DNA of 64,000 nucleotides from a virus: IMG/VR virus record IMGVR_UViG_3300032322_001517, positions 41,665-105,664 of that record, one strand, 5' to 3'. The notes under the pieces are model-generated. The model had not been told where the DNA came from, did no database searches, and saw only the letters and a program-made list of their open reading frames with translations. Position 1 is the first letter of the stretch. Each line of letters opens with the position of its first letter. The translations under genes were made by a program, and so were the position numbers. Shown here piece after piece: positions 16,054-25,590 of this stretch.

Positions 16054-17505
16054 TTAGATAGTCAATGCTACTTTATAGATCTTGTATTCAAACTTCTCTT
16101 CGTTGTAAGTCTTAATACGTTCCATAAAATGGAGAAGAGTGTAATTTTTCTTAGTTTTCCAAGACATATCGTCAGCAATATCAAATAGAGTAGCTGAATC
16201 TTTAGTATCCGACTTACGTAGTCCTCTACCAATCGACTGTAAGTTTCTTACCTTCGATTTCGAAGGCGAAGCAAATATAACGTTGTGGAGGTTCTTGATG
16301 TTAACACCAGTGGAAAATGTACCAAACGATGCAACGATGATAGAATTCTTTTCAGTTTCTACTATCTTACGTATACGTTCTCTATCATCTCCATCAACTT
16401 CGCCGGAAACATAGAATACTTTCTTATCGCCAGCTTCTCTCTGAATCATATCATGTAAAACTTTACCATGTTTTTCCACGAACTGAAACAGCAACAGAGT
16501 GTTACCTTCTAAGGATAGAGTAAGATTCTTGATGAAATTATTGCGTGCTTGAAGTTTGACAATATAATCTATCTCTGCCTGATAGTCAGAAGCTCTAGTA
16601 ATCATCTGACGTATTTCGTCAGGATATGTAAGAACTATTGCTTTGATCTTGAAAGCAGCGAGGTGCTTTTGCTCAATGAGTTCTGCTGTTGTTGTAACTC
16701 TTCTAACGGGTCCGAAAAGTCCTTCAAGAACAAGCTTGTGAGTTTGTGTGCCATCCAAGGTGCCAGTAAAACCAAAGCGATACTTGCAAGTATCCAGCTT
16801 ACTGAGAATAGAAGTGAGTGACTTAGCTTTAAATAAATGCGCTTCATCGCCTATGACCACATCAAATTGTTGGAAATATTCTTTAGGAAGTTTATAAATC
16901 GATTGCCAGGTTGAGATGGTAATTTGTTTATCTGTTTGTTTATCTTGCCCTGCGTAGATTCTATGGACATGCTTATTGGCATCAAAACCATAATCAGCAA
17001 AGTCACTGGCAAGCTGACTAACAAGAGAAGTAGTTGGCACAATAATAAGAGTACGGGCATTATAGTACCTCGTTATAAGATAGATAATAAACGACTTACC
17101 GGAAGCCGTCGGAGATAATAACAAAGCTCGACGCTCTCTTACTGCATGTACAAAAGCGTCGAGCTGATAATCTCTTGGTTGTAGTTTTAAATTTAATTTG
17201 TTTGTATATTCTTTAGCTTCTTTAATAGAAAATTCTTCGCTTGAATTATCGTAATCGTATTCTATTTCGTATTTTCTTGACTTACAAAACTCTTCTAGAT
17301 ACTTTGTTAAACCGACATATAAAGTACAAGTTAAAGCATTGAACAATCTTATTTTTCCATCCCAGATTTTATTTCTAAAAGCTGGCATAAATTTAGCTCC
17401 TGGTACATCAAAGGTGAAATAATCATTCAACTCATATGCTGTACTAGGTTCGCATTCAATCTTATTATATATTTCGTCTAACTTATGTATTACAATTTTT
17501 TCCAT
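16054..17505 (-). CDS. uvsW: DNA helicase UvsW
   Basis: WDGKIRLF, PRDYQ, SPTASGKS, DEAH, LQSIGRGLR. Confidence 0.96.
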   Translation of the reverse strand: MEKIVIHKLDEIYNKIECEPSTAYELNDYFTFDVPGAKFMPAFRNKIWDGKIRLFNALTCTLYVGLTKYLEEFCKSRKYEIEYDYDNSSEEFSIKEAKEYTNKLNLKLQPRDYQLDAFVHAVRERRALLLSPTASGKSFIIYLITRYYNARTLIIVPTTSLVSQLASDFADYGFDANKHVHRIYAGQDKQTDKQITISTWQSIYKLPKEYFQQFDVVIGDEAHLFKAKSLTSILSKLDTCKYRFGFTGTLDGTQTHKLVLEGLFGPVRRVTTTAELIEQKHLAAFKIKAIVLTYPDEIRQMITRASDYQAEIDYIVKLQARNNFIKNLTLSLEGNTLLLFQFVEKHGKVLHDMIQREAGDKKVFYVSGEVDGDDRERIRKIVETEKNSIIVASFGTFSTGVNIKNLHNVIFASPSKSKVRNLQSIGRGLRKSDTKDSATLFDIADDMSWKTKKNYTLLHFMERIKTYNEEKFEYKIYKVALTI

Positions 17506-17936
17506 TATGTTCCCATAGTAAACTTTCTATAATCAATAGCAGCTTTAATATTATAACCTCTGTATTGAAAAGATTTTATTATAGATTCTAAAAATTCGAT
17601 TTTTTCTTGTTGATAACCTATCTTTAATGAATGTTCAACAATTTCTTTATCTGCTTCTATGTAAGAAGGTATATCTGATTTTAATATCATACCCCTAGCT
17701 GGGAGTTTCCAATGCTTAGGAGTATCTTCGTTTGGACCTTGTGTATAAAATTCTACCTTATCTAGTTTTAGTTTTTTAAATTCAGCTTCGTATTTTCTTA
17801 AAAGTAATTTTTCTTTTATGTAAATCTCATAATACTTATGATGAAGCTTGGCAATTTTGATAGCTTCAATATCCAGATCAGCTGTATCTATTTTAGAATC
17901 AACTTCCCAGAGAGCTAAAATTTCATCAATATTCAT
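17505..17936 (-). CDS. uvsY: Recombination mediator UvsY
   Basis: W..DSKID, LHHKY, RGYNIKAAIDYRKF; position. Confidence 0.9.
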   Translation of the reverse strand: MNIDEILALWEVDSKIDTADLDIEAIKIAKLHHKYYEIYIKEKLLLRKYEAEFKKLKLDKVEFYTQGPNEDTPKHWKLPARGMILKSDIPSYIEADKEIVEHSLKIGYQQEKIEFLESIIKSFQYRGYNIKAAIDYRKFTMGT

Positions 17937-17966
17937 TGCTTTACTTTCCTTTAAAACCTTAGTATT

Positions 17967-17994
17967 ATTATACTATAGATCCTCGAAAAGTAAA
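17967..17994 (-). promoter_or_regulatory. Promoter TTTACT-N16-TATAAT upstream of uvsY
   Basis: Consensus -10 box; same -35 variant as upstream of the Seg gene. Confidence 0.55.
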
Positions 17995-17995
17995 G

Positions 17996-18520
17996 TTATA
18001 TCTTGGTTATTGTGTAAATTGTGTATCTAAATTCTACTCTAGCCTCTAGATATTTTACGTCAGTATTAGTTGTATTAAAAGTCATAGCAGATAAAGTAGT
18101 TGGAAACGCATCGATAAAAGCTATATCGTAATTTGGCATTTTAGTGCTTGATAAAACTATTAATGATATATCAGAATATAAACCTTTACCGCTACCAGGA
18201 GGAGCGTTTTGTAGAGCTTCGTAATCGCCGTCTCTACCATAATCTCCTAAAGCTTTAATCCAATTGAATATTTCTAGATAATTTTGTAAATCTTCATCAA
18301 CTTTAAACTTCAAACTTAAAGGAGAAAAAGTAACATGTTCTCCATGTATTGGAATATTAATTAAAATGTTGGAATAAACAGGAGTAGGATTAATAGATAT
18401 TTGAGGTAAGATAACTTCTTGTAAAAAAAAGTTCATATGTGGCGCTCTTTTTAAGACGAGCTTAAAATTAAGCGGTGATAAAAAGTTTTTGTTTTCCGGT
18501 ATATTTTCTATAGCAGTCAT
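17996..18520 (-). CDS. 3: Tail tube terminator / tail completion protein gp3
   Basis: NFLSP..F, FKVDEDLQNYLEIFNWI, F.DAFP..LS; GGAGG RBS. Confidence 0.88.
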   Translation of the reverse strand: MTAIENIPENKNFLSPLNFKLVLKRAPHMNFFLQEVILPQISINPTPVYSNILINIPIHGEHVTFSPLSLKFKVDEDLQNYLEIFNWIKALGDYGRDGDYEALQNAPPGSGKGLYSDISLIVLSSTKMPNYDIAFIDAFPTTLSAMTFNTTNTDVKYLEARVEFRYTIYTITKI

Positions 18521-18539
18521 AGTAACCTCCAATTATCAT

Positions 18540-18547
18540 TATTTATA
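18540..18547 (-). promoter_or_regulatory. T4-type late promoter TATAAATA
   Basis: Exact consensus upstream of gp3. Confidence 0.75.
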
Positions 18548-18549
18548 AT

Positions 18550-18574
18550 AAAAAAAGGGGAGCCGTAGCTCCCC
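18550..18574 (-). terminator. Terminator after gp23
   Basis: AGGGGAGC-TACG-GCTCCCC followed by a T-run. Confidence 0.9.
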
Positions 18575-18610
18575 TCGGATAGTTGTCGATCTTTTGATCG
18601 CTTTATTATC

Positions 18611-19969
18611 TTACATAAGATTGTTAACAATAACGCGACGATAGTACTTGTTAGTGCTAATGGTAGTAGTACGACCATTACCCTTAGTAAGACCTTCAGC
18701 GAATGGGTTTGCAACCATGCCGTAACGAGTCTTAAAGCCAATCTTAGGCTGGAAGCTGTCCTGGTCAACAGCACGTACCATCTGTAGTGGAACGTATGGG
18801 CAATAGAAGAGACCTGCGTCGAATGCAGAAGAACCCTTATAACCAACAGTCAAGTAGTTACCACCGATTGCGTATGGGTCGATGTAAACACGGAGACGAC
18901 CGTTAAGAACACCAGCGAAAGTGTTACCAGTGTCGTCTACCTGGAGGTTGTTTGAGTTAAGAGCAGGAGCGTAGTCAAGAACACCAGCCATCTGTAGAGC
19001 GGAAGCAACGTCCGAAGAACAGATAACGATGTTACCCTTACCACGACGAGTCTGCTTAGCAATCTGGTTAGCTTCGCGTTCTAGCTGGAACATAAGACCC
19101 TTGAACTTTTCAACTGACCAACGACCGTTTGAGTCAGTGTCAAGATCGAAAATACCAGCAGTTGTAGTATTTTCCTGAGCACCAGCTTCAGCAGTGATGT
19201 TGATAGTACGAACTACTTCACGGTTAATTTCAGCAAGAATTTCAGCTGAAAGAATGTTAGCAAGTTCAGTTTCTGCGTCTAGACCATGGATTGCCTTAAG
19301 ATCCTGGGCAAGTTCCATAGTGTACTCTGCCTTGAGAGCGCGAGTGTTAGCAGTTACAGTAACCTTCTCGATTGAGAAAGCCATCTGTGGGAATGCTGCG
19401 TTACTAGTAGTACCAAGAGCTTCAGCCTGAGCACGAGCCATACCAACACCAGTGTTATAGGTGTTAACAGCAGTAAGAGGTGAAGTGTTAGTTGCGCCTG
19501 GGATAGTACCAATGAAACGGCTACCTAGAACGTTGTTAGCACCAGTTGGAACAGTTGAGAACGCAGTGTTAACTTCGTTGTAGAATGTTTCATCGCCAGT
19601 CTGGTTGCTGTAGCGTGAACGCATAGCAAAGATAAGTCCAGTTGGACCAGTCATTGGCTGAACACCGCAGATGTCATAAGCCATAAGGTTTGGCATTGCA
19701 CGGCGAACGAGAGAGATAAGAACTGGGTCGAAAGTATCGATACCACCAGCGCCAGCTGTTGAGCTTGATGCGCCCATGAAGTTTACAGGAATATCACCTT
19801 CTGTAAGAGTCTGATACTGACCATGAGCAGCTGCTTCTCTGAGAGACTTTTCAGTGTTCTCAAGCATAACAGCAGTTACTGAACGACGGTGAGCGTCCTT
19901 GATAACGCCAAGAGCGTCATGGTCAAGAACTGGTGCCCACTTATTTTGAATTTCCTCAGCTAGATACAT
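18611..19969 (-). CDS. 23: Major capsid protein gp23
   Basis: DPVLISLVRR, GVQPMTGPTG, RALKAEYTMELAQDLKAIHGLDAE, FQPKIGFKTRYG. Confidence 0.99.
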   Translation of the reverse strand: MYLAEEIQNKWAPVLDHDALGVIKDAHRRSVTAVMLENTEKSLREAAAHGQYQTLTEGDIPVNFMGASSSTAGAGGIDTFDPVLISLVRRAMPNLMAYDICGVQPMTGPTGLIFAMRSRYSNQTGDETFYNEVNTAFSTVPTGANNVLGSRFIGTIPGATNTSPLTAVNTYNTGVGMARAQAEALGTTSNAAFPQMAFSIEKVTVTANTRALKAEYTMELAQDLKAIHGLDAETELANILSAEILAEINREVVRTINITAEAGAQENTTTAGIFDLDTDSNGRWSVEKFKGLMFQLEREANQIAKQTRRGKGNIVICSSDVASALQMAGVLDYAPALNSNNLQVDDTGNTFAGVLNGRLRVYIDPYAIGGNYLTVGYKGSSAFDAGLFYCPYVPLQMVRAVDQDSFQPKIGFKTRYGMVANPFAEGLTKGNGRTTTISTNKYYRRVIVNNLM

Positions 19970-20007
19970 TTAAGTTTCCTTTCTTTTATAACTAGGATTC
20001 TAATTTT

Positions 20008-20015
20008 TATTTATA
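20008..20015 (-). promoter_or_regulatory. Late promoter TATAAATA
   Basis: Upstream of gp23. Confidence 0.8.
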
Positions 20016-20020
20016 AAAAC

Positions 20021-21061
20021 TTATTTCTTAACAGTTTTCGAGATAGCCTGTACATAACGATTTACTTGTGGATCGATATGATGAGTGCTTTCTGTCAATT
20101 CGCCTTCAAAAGTTTCTTCTTCAATATTTGAAGAATTGAATGAAGCTTCGCCCTTGAAATAATTTTCTTTGATGATTCTCAACTTCTTTTCATAAGTTTC
20201 AAGATTACCATCAAACTCGATACCTTCAGCAAGAGCTGCGAACTTTTCCTGCTGTGTTAGTGCAAGGTCAGAAGAAAGACCTTCGAAAATTTCATGAGCA
20301 TGAGATTCTACAAGAACACCCTTTAACTCAGTATTTTCTAGGATTACTTCATCGAGTTTACCTTCAAGTGCTTCTACCTTTTCAGCTAGAGCTTCAATAA
20401 CGTCAACCTTTTCCTGAGGAATATTGATAAAATGCTCAGCGAAAAGATTCTTCAAACCTTCCATAAACTCTTCAGTGAGTTCGTTACGAAGAGTTGATTC
20501 AATAGCTACTTCATTATCGCTCATCCATTGTTCCACAACATAATCGAGATAAGAATCTAGTCTAGAGTTAACTTCATTTTGGAACTGAGCTAGTTCTTCC
20601 TGAAGCATTAATTCATATTCTTCTTCAAGGCGAGCAGTTTCCAAAGTCAAGCGAGCAGAAACAGCAGCTTCGAATAGAGTTTCTACGCTTTCCTTAAATT
20701 CTTCTGAGAGGTCGTGTCCAGCAAACATTTCTTCAATGTCTTCCTTAACATTAACCTTACCCTTCATTGCAATAGTTGCAGCGTTTTTCTTTGAATTGTC
20801 GCCAACGCCATAGTCTTTATTTGGTCCAAACTGTGACATAGTAGCAGCAAATTTGTTTAGGTCATCTTTTGACATACCACCAGCTGCTGACATAATTGAA
20901 CTCAACAAGCCCAATTTCGATTTATCATCAGAAACTGACTTTGCTCCTGGCTTCAATGTGCTAGCAGCAAGAGTTTCTTCATCAAGTTCTTCATCAGCCT
21001 CAGACGCGTCAACCTGATCAACGATATCGTCTTCTAGCTCATTAGTTCTTTTGTTAGCCAT
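20021..21061 (-). CDS. 22: Prohead core scaffold gp22
   Basis: LSEEFK....LFEAAV, YLDYVVEQW..DN..AI; acidic coiled coil. Confidence 0.93.
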   Translation of the reverse strand: MANKRTNELEDDIVDQVDASEADEELDEETLAASTLKPGAKSVSDDKSKLGLLSSIMSAAGGMSKDDLNKFAATMSQFGPNKDYGVGDNSKKNAATIAMKGKVNVKEDIEEMFAGHDLSEEFKESVETLFEAAVSARLTLETARLEEEYELMLQEELAQFQNEVNSRLDSYLDYVVEQWMSDNEVAIESTLRNELTEEFMEGLKNLFAEHFINIPQEKVDVIEALAEKVEALEGKLDEVILENTELKGVLVESHAHEIFEGLSSDLALTQQEKFAALAEGIEFDGNLETYEKKLRIIKENYFKGEASFNSSNIEEETFEGELTESTHHIDPQVNRYVQAISKTVKK

Positions 21062-21091
21062 TAGAAAGGTCTCCTTTTAAAGAATTTAAAT

Positions 21092-21099
21092 TATTTATA
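21092..21099 (-). promoter_or_regulatory. Late promoter TATAAATA
   Basis: Upstream of gp22. Confidence 0.75.
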
Positions 21100-21772
21100 T
21101 GTTTTTATTTTTTGAGGCTAATGAAGATAAAAACTCTTCAAAAATAGCCAAACGTTGTTCTTCTAATTTTTTAGATGATAATCTATGAACTGATTTTTTG
21201 ATTGACTCTGCTTTTTCTTGCAACCAAACACCATTAGCTTCATCATAGAACCATTCTACATTTTCCATAATACCTTTAACAAAAGCTTCTGGTGCTGAAG
21301 GATCAGCAACAATGTCAGCAGCTGTTGAAAGTTTAAGATCGCTCTGAACAACCATAACTCCACGTTCTTCTTTAAGAGAACCCATAGCTCTAGAAGAAAC
21401 ACCAAGCTGACCGCCTGACTCCATAATACCACGAGCAATATTGCCCATTGGCGTTTCGGTAATTTTAGCTTTACCAATAAAGTTGTTCTTATCTCTTTTT
21501 AGTTCAGTGATAATATGAGATACACGATCAAGATTAATTGATGGACCAGAAGGATGACCTAGTTCGCCGTAAGCACGGTTATGTGATACGACCTCTGTCA
21601 TATAACGCTTAACTTCGCTCTCAAGAACATTGATAGGATACATACGACCGTTACGGTTTTTGATTTCTGCCTGAAGGAAAATACCCTCAATGTACATATC
21701 CTTCTTGCCAGACTTTTCGTTGGCTTCAGTAACGTACTGAACATTTTCTGTAAGTTCTGTAATGAGTTTCAT
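21095..21772 (-). CDS. 21: Prohead protease gp21
   Basis: MKLITE, IEGIFLQ..KNRNGRMY, GELGHP, GVSSR, DIVADPSAP. Confidence 0.97.
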   Translation of the reverse strand: MKLITELTENVQYVTEANEKSGKKDMYIEGIFLQAEIKNRNGRMYPINVLESEVKRYMTEVVSHNRAYGELGHPSGPSINLDRVSHIITELKRDKNNFIGKAKITETPMGNIARGIMESGGQLGVSSRAMGSLKEERGVMVVQSDLKLSTAADIVADPSAPEAFVKGIMENVEWFYDEANGVWLQEKAESIKKSVHRLSSKKLEEQRLAIFEEFLSSLASKNKNI

Positions 21773-21773
21773 T

Positions 21774-22019
21774 TTATCCTCTATAAGCAGAAGCTGTAGC
21801 AAAAACTGCTACGTTTGACGCTATTGTATCTGTTGGGTTCTTAGAAACAAAAATGTATTGATTAGCAGGAATAGTAAATGTTCCTAGTGTTGTTCCTGTA
21901 TTGGAAGCAACAGTGATCAAGGCTGCTGATGGTGCACCAATATAAACAATCGGTGAGTTGTAAACATTATTAGCAGTAGTTAAAGATATTTGATTAGCTG
22001 ATGCTTTAATAATATTCAT
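21774..22019 (-). CDS. Small head-module protein
   Basis: Tightly packed ORF between head genes. Confidence 0.7.
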   Translation of the reverse strand: MNIIKASANQISLTTANNVYNSPIVYIGAPSAALITVASNTGTTLGTFTIPANQYIFVSKNPTDTIASNVAVFATASAYRG

Positions 22020-22900
22020 TATACTCTTCCTGTATCGCCAACCATGCTACTTGGAGTAGCAACGTGAGTATCTGCTTGTTCGCTCTTCATAGCCTTTTTA
22101 CGGATGTAGGCAAAGTAAACTTTTTTGCCTTTTTCATCACCATACTGCTTTTGCATATTGGCTTTCATACCTGAATCGTCGTATTTTGACTTTAGCTTCT
22201 CTTCTCTTTTTTTGTCAGCTGCAGTCATTTCGCGTTCTTCAATTTTCTTTCTATCAGTGATAAGCTGACGACCTTCCTTTTTCTTACCATTATATCTTGG
22301 CTCTTTATCTGTAGCGCCAGCTGACTTGTCCTCTGAACAAGACTTCATGCCATGTACTTCGCACATAGTACCAGCTTCTGTCATATTACATTTAGAATCT
22401 TCTGTCATTTCAGTTGCATAATAATCAGCAGCTGTTTGGATATAATCTTTAGCTAAAGTAATTTTCGACTGAACCCATTCAGGAAGATTAGTATCTGGCT
22501 TCAACATACCCATAAGTTGCTGAGAGTGATTCATAATAGACTTAATTTGGGAGATAGCCATCTCGCCTTCATAGTCATACTCTCTAGTATCCTTAGCTTC
22601 ATTTGCTAACTTGTAAGCAGTTTTAGCTTTTGGATCTGGGTCATGACCATGGCGTTCCATCTTAGCTTTTTTTACCTTAGAGGCATTGTAAATATCATCA
22701 TCATTTCCTACACGATCTGGAAATTTTTCAGTTTTATGAAGAGCAACAAAATCTCTTTCGTCCTTCATTTTACCAGCATAATCTACGCCTGGATCATCAC
22801 CAGTTGAACCTGGAACAATTTTAGGAGTTCCTATTGCACCATAAATGCGTGTACTAGATTTGTTTACACCTTTAAGAATATCACTAAGATCCTTAGCCAT
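22019..22900 (-). CDS. Putative prohead core / internal head protein
   Basis: Lies where T4 has gp67/gp68; highly charged; YEGEMA..Q...LPEWVQSKIT motif. Confidence 0.6.
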   Translation of the reverse strand: MAKDLSDILKGVNKSSTRIYGAIGTPKIVPGSTGDDPGVDYAGKMKDERDFVALHKTEKFPDRVGNDDDIYNASKVKKAKMERHGHDPDPKAKTAYKLANEAKDTREYDYEGEMAISQIKSIMNHSQQLMGMLKPDTNLPEWVQSKITLAKDYIQTAADYYATEMTEDSKCNMTEAGTMCEVHGMKSCSEDKSAGATDKEPRYNGKKKEGRQLITDRKKIEEREMTAADKKREEKLKSKYDDSGMKANMQKQYGDEKGKKVYFAYIRKKAMKSEQADTHVATPSSMVGDTGRV

Positions 22901-22904
22901 TTAA

Positions 22905-23120
22905 TTAATCCTCTTCGTATTCTTGTTCTGTTTCTGGATCATTATATTCTTCAGGGTCATAACCATACATTTGCTGGGCTATTTCGATTTTTTTATTTTC
23001 TATAGCAGTATGCAACTTATCAACTATTAAGTTGCCAAAGGCTGATTCAAAATCTAAAGGTTTTTGTTCAACAGCAGAAACTATTAAATCAGTAGTATCA
23101 TATTTATTATTATCAGTCAT
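22905..23120 (-). CDS. Prohead core protein (gp67-like)
   Basis: Small acidic ORF directly after the portal. Confidence 0.6.
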   Translation of the reverse strand: MTDNNKYDTTDLIVSAVEQKPLDFESAFGNLIVDKLHTAIENKKIEIAQQMYGYDPEEYNDPETEQEYEED

Positions 23121-23136
23121 TTATTCACCTCAATAG

Positions 23137-24891
23137 TTATTGCGCGCCCAAACTATTTGCTATTTCTTTATTTTTAGCTATAATTTGAACTGCTTGTTTA
23201 TACTTAGATTGATCTTGGATAGAGCGATTATTTACGCCCTTTTCTTTCATTTGCTTCACAAAAATCATAGCTTGGCGCACTCGTTCCATTTTATTATCCT
23301 CATCAGGAGGTTGCTGTTGATCTTGTGGCATACCTTGCTGTTCAGGAGGAACTTGTGGTTGCATTTGTTGAGCGTTTTGCTCAATAGCAGGATTTAACCA
23401 ACGAGGATCGCCAGATTTATTTTCTTCTACTATTTCTTGATCGTTAGTTTCAATATCGTCGTCAGACTGCTGGAGAATATTTTCTCTAATCCATTTATGC
23501 GAATAATACTTGCCAGCGAAATCTTGAATCTGACCTGCAAGATTAATACGATTAGAAATAATTTCAGCGTCTTTAAGTTCGGTGAAATAATTGTCCTTAG
23601 CGAAATCGTACTTAATTTGACCCGAAATAGAAGCCCAATCTTCTGGAGTAGTAATACCTTTAAGAACTAACTGCCTTTCTAACATTTTTGTAAATAAAAC
23701 AGAAAATCTAGCACGAAGTCTAACTACAAAACGGTTAAACTTTAATTCGTCTCTAGTAATTTCCGTTGCTCTGCCCAATGAATACATTGAGTCAGAGTTC
23801 AAACGATTTACTGGAACGTTAAGTGTCTGGAGAAATTTTTTTTGGAAGTAGAGAACATCATCCATCTGACCTAAGTTCTGACCACCAGGAAGGGTAGTAA
23901 CCTCCGTACCTCTTCCGCCCTCTCTTCTTGGAAGCCAATAGTCTTCCAACATAGTCATAAACTTACGATCATCTCTAATTTCGCCAGACGACGCGTCATA
24001 GATCAAACGATTTTTATGTTTGACCATAATGTCGCGTACATATTGTTCAGCTTTCATCTTTGGCAAATTACCAACATCGATATACCAAATACGACGTTCT
24101 GGCGCTCTTGCCAATCTGTAGATAACCAAAGCGTCTTCAAGAGTTCTTAACTGATTAATAGCCTTGATTGCTTTGTGAAGATATGAAAGTACCATTGTAC
24201 CTTGGTTATCTGTCAAACCTGATACAATGTGCAAAATAGAATCTTTAGCAATTTTCAAACCAGTTGTTGATGGTCCGATTGCCTTGTTACCGTAGTTAAA
24301 CCCTTTGTCATTAAAAATGAAATATTCGTTAACAGTTTTTGTAACTGTTGTATCAGCAGGATTATCAGTTCCTCTGATTCTTTTTCTTTGAACTTCTCTG
24401 ATTTTACGGATTTTTCTAGGATCGATATAACGTATTTCTTTAATACCGTCTTTTGGATTTTTTTCGTCGATAACAACGTGATAATATAAACGACCATCGA
24501 TATACCAACGACGGTAAATTTCATAAGCGTATTTGTTAAATTCTAAAATATTTAAACAGTTTTCGAATTCAGTTTTGATTATTTTTTTAACAGGATCTGA
24601 AATTTTAACTTCGTCTAAATTAATTTCAACCAATTCTTTTTCGTCAATAGAAATAGATTCGTTGATAATTTCGTCAATCGCAGCATCACATTCTGGCTGT
24701 AATGCCATTTCTCTATATCTTGTAACTAACTCTGCTTCTGATCTTACTGTACCATCAAGGTCTACATAAGTACCATAAGCTCCTCCAGCTGTAATGACTG
24801 TAGAGCCATCATCTGACTCTTTAGGAGGAGCAAAAGAAGGTAGTTCTTCTTTTACCTTACGTTTAAATTCGAAACCAAATAACTCTGCCAA
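23137..24891 (-). CDS. 20: Portal protein gp20
   Basis: WYIDGR, IDPRKI, YLHKAIK..NQL..LED...IYR..RAPERR, EDYWLPRREG; TTG start. Confidence 0.98.
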   Translation of the reverse strand: MAELFGFEFKRKVKEELPSFAPPKESDDGSTVITAGGAYGTYVDLDGTVRSEAELVTRYREMALQPECDAAIDEIINESISIDEKELVEINLDEVKISDPVKKIIKTEFENCLNILEFNKYAYEIYRRWYIDGRLYYHVVIDEKNPKDGIKEIRYIDPRKIRKIREVQRKRIRGTDNPADTTVTKTVNEYFIFNDKGFNYGNKAIGPSTTGLKIAKDSILHIVSGLTDNQGTMVLSYLHKAIKAINQLRTLEDALVIYRLARAPERRIWYIDVGNLPKMKAEQYVRDIMVKHKNRLIYDASSGEIRDDRKFMTMLEDYWLPRREGGRGTEVTTLPGGQNLGQMDDVLYFQKKFLQTLNVPVNRLNSDSMYSLGRATEITRDELKFNRFVVRLRARFSVLFTKMLERQLVLKGITTPEDWASISGQIKYDFAKDNYFTELKDAEIISNRINLAGQIQDFAGKYYSHKWIRENILQQSDDDIETNDQEIVEENKSGDPRWLNPAIEQNAQQMQPQVPPEQQGMPQDQQQPPDEDNKMERVRQAMIFVKQMKEKGVNNRSIQDQSKYKQAVQIIAKNKEIANSLGAQ

Positions 24892-24908
24892 ATTTTATAC
24901 TCCAAAAT

Positions 24909-24929
24909 GGAGGGGCGATTAACCCCTCC
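24909..24929 (-). terminator. Hairpin / weak terminator after gp19
   Basis: GGAGGGG-loop-CCCCTCC followed by ATTTT. Confidence 0.6.
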
Positions 24930-24943
24930 TAATCACATTAAAA

Positions 24944-25558
24944 TTAAGCTGGTCCTGCAGGACCATCAACATCAACTAATCCACCGTAATTATTTACGCC
25001 ACCAGCCTTCTTATCAGAAGATTCAATAGCTGGTACCCAGTAATCGTAAGCAAAAGTAACACTGAATTCTTCAATAGCATTAGCACTATCCCAGTTCAAA
25101 CCAATTGAACCAATTGCTGTTGGGAATGCGCCAACAAGCTGGTAGGAACGGATTACTCCACCATCCTTAGCGTACTGAATAACTTCTAGGTCCACCTTGT
25201 ACTGTTCAGCTGAAAGAGCTGGGTCGCGAACGTTAGAAACATGGCGGTTAAGAGCGTTAGACCAAGCTTCAAACATAGCACGAACTGAGAAGTCTTCGTC
25301 GTTTAGTACGCTTACTGACCAATCAGCAAAAGCTCTTTCGCCAGCAACTTTAATTCTACGACCGAAGTATGGAACATCGATAGAAGAAACAGTTGACTCT
25401 GGCAATTCAGCTGTTTTACACAGAAAACGAAACTTGTTAACTGAAACAGTATCGATACCGATACCTGCTGGCGCGCTCATGAATACTTGGAATAGAGATG
25501 GTCTGGCACCACCGTATACCAGACCATTAGATTTGAAAGCGTCAATATTAAATGGCAT
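24944..25558 (-). CDS. 19: Tail tube protein gp19
   Basis: GGARPSLF, AGERAF.DW, FP..I..I.L.WD, EEFSVTF.YDYW. Confidence 0.96.
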   Translation of the reverse strand: MPFNIDAFKSNGLVYGGARPSLFQVFMSAPAGIGIDTVSVNKFRFLCKTAELPESTVSSIDVPYFGRRIKVAGERAFADWSVSVLNDEDFSVRAMFEAWSNALNRHVSNVRDPALSAEQYKVDLEVIQYAKDGGVIRSYQLVGAFPTAIGSIGLNWDSANAIEEFSVTFAYDYWVPAIESSDKKAGGVNNYGGLVDVDGPAGPA

Positions 25559-25590
25559 TTATTTTACTCCTTTGAGTTTTAATCTATTTA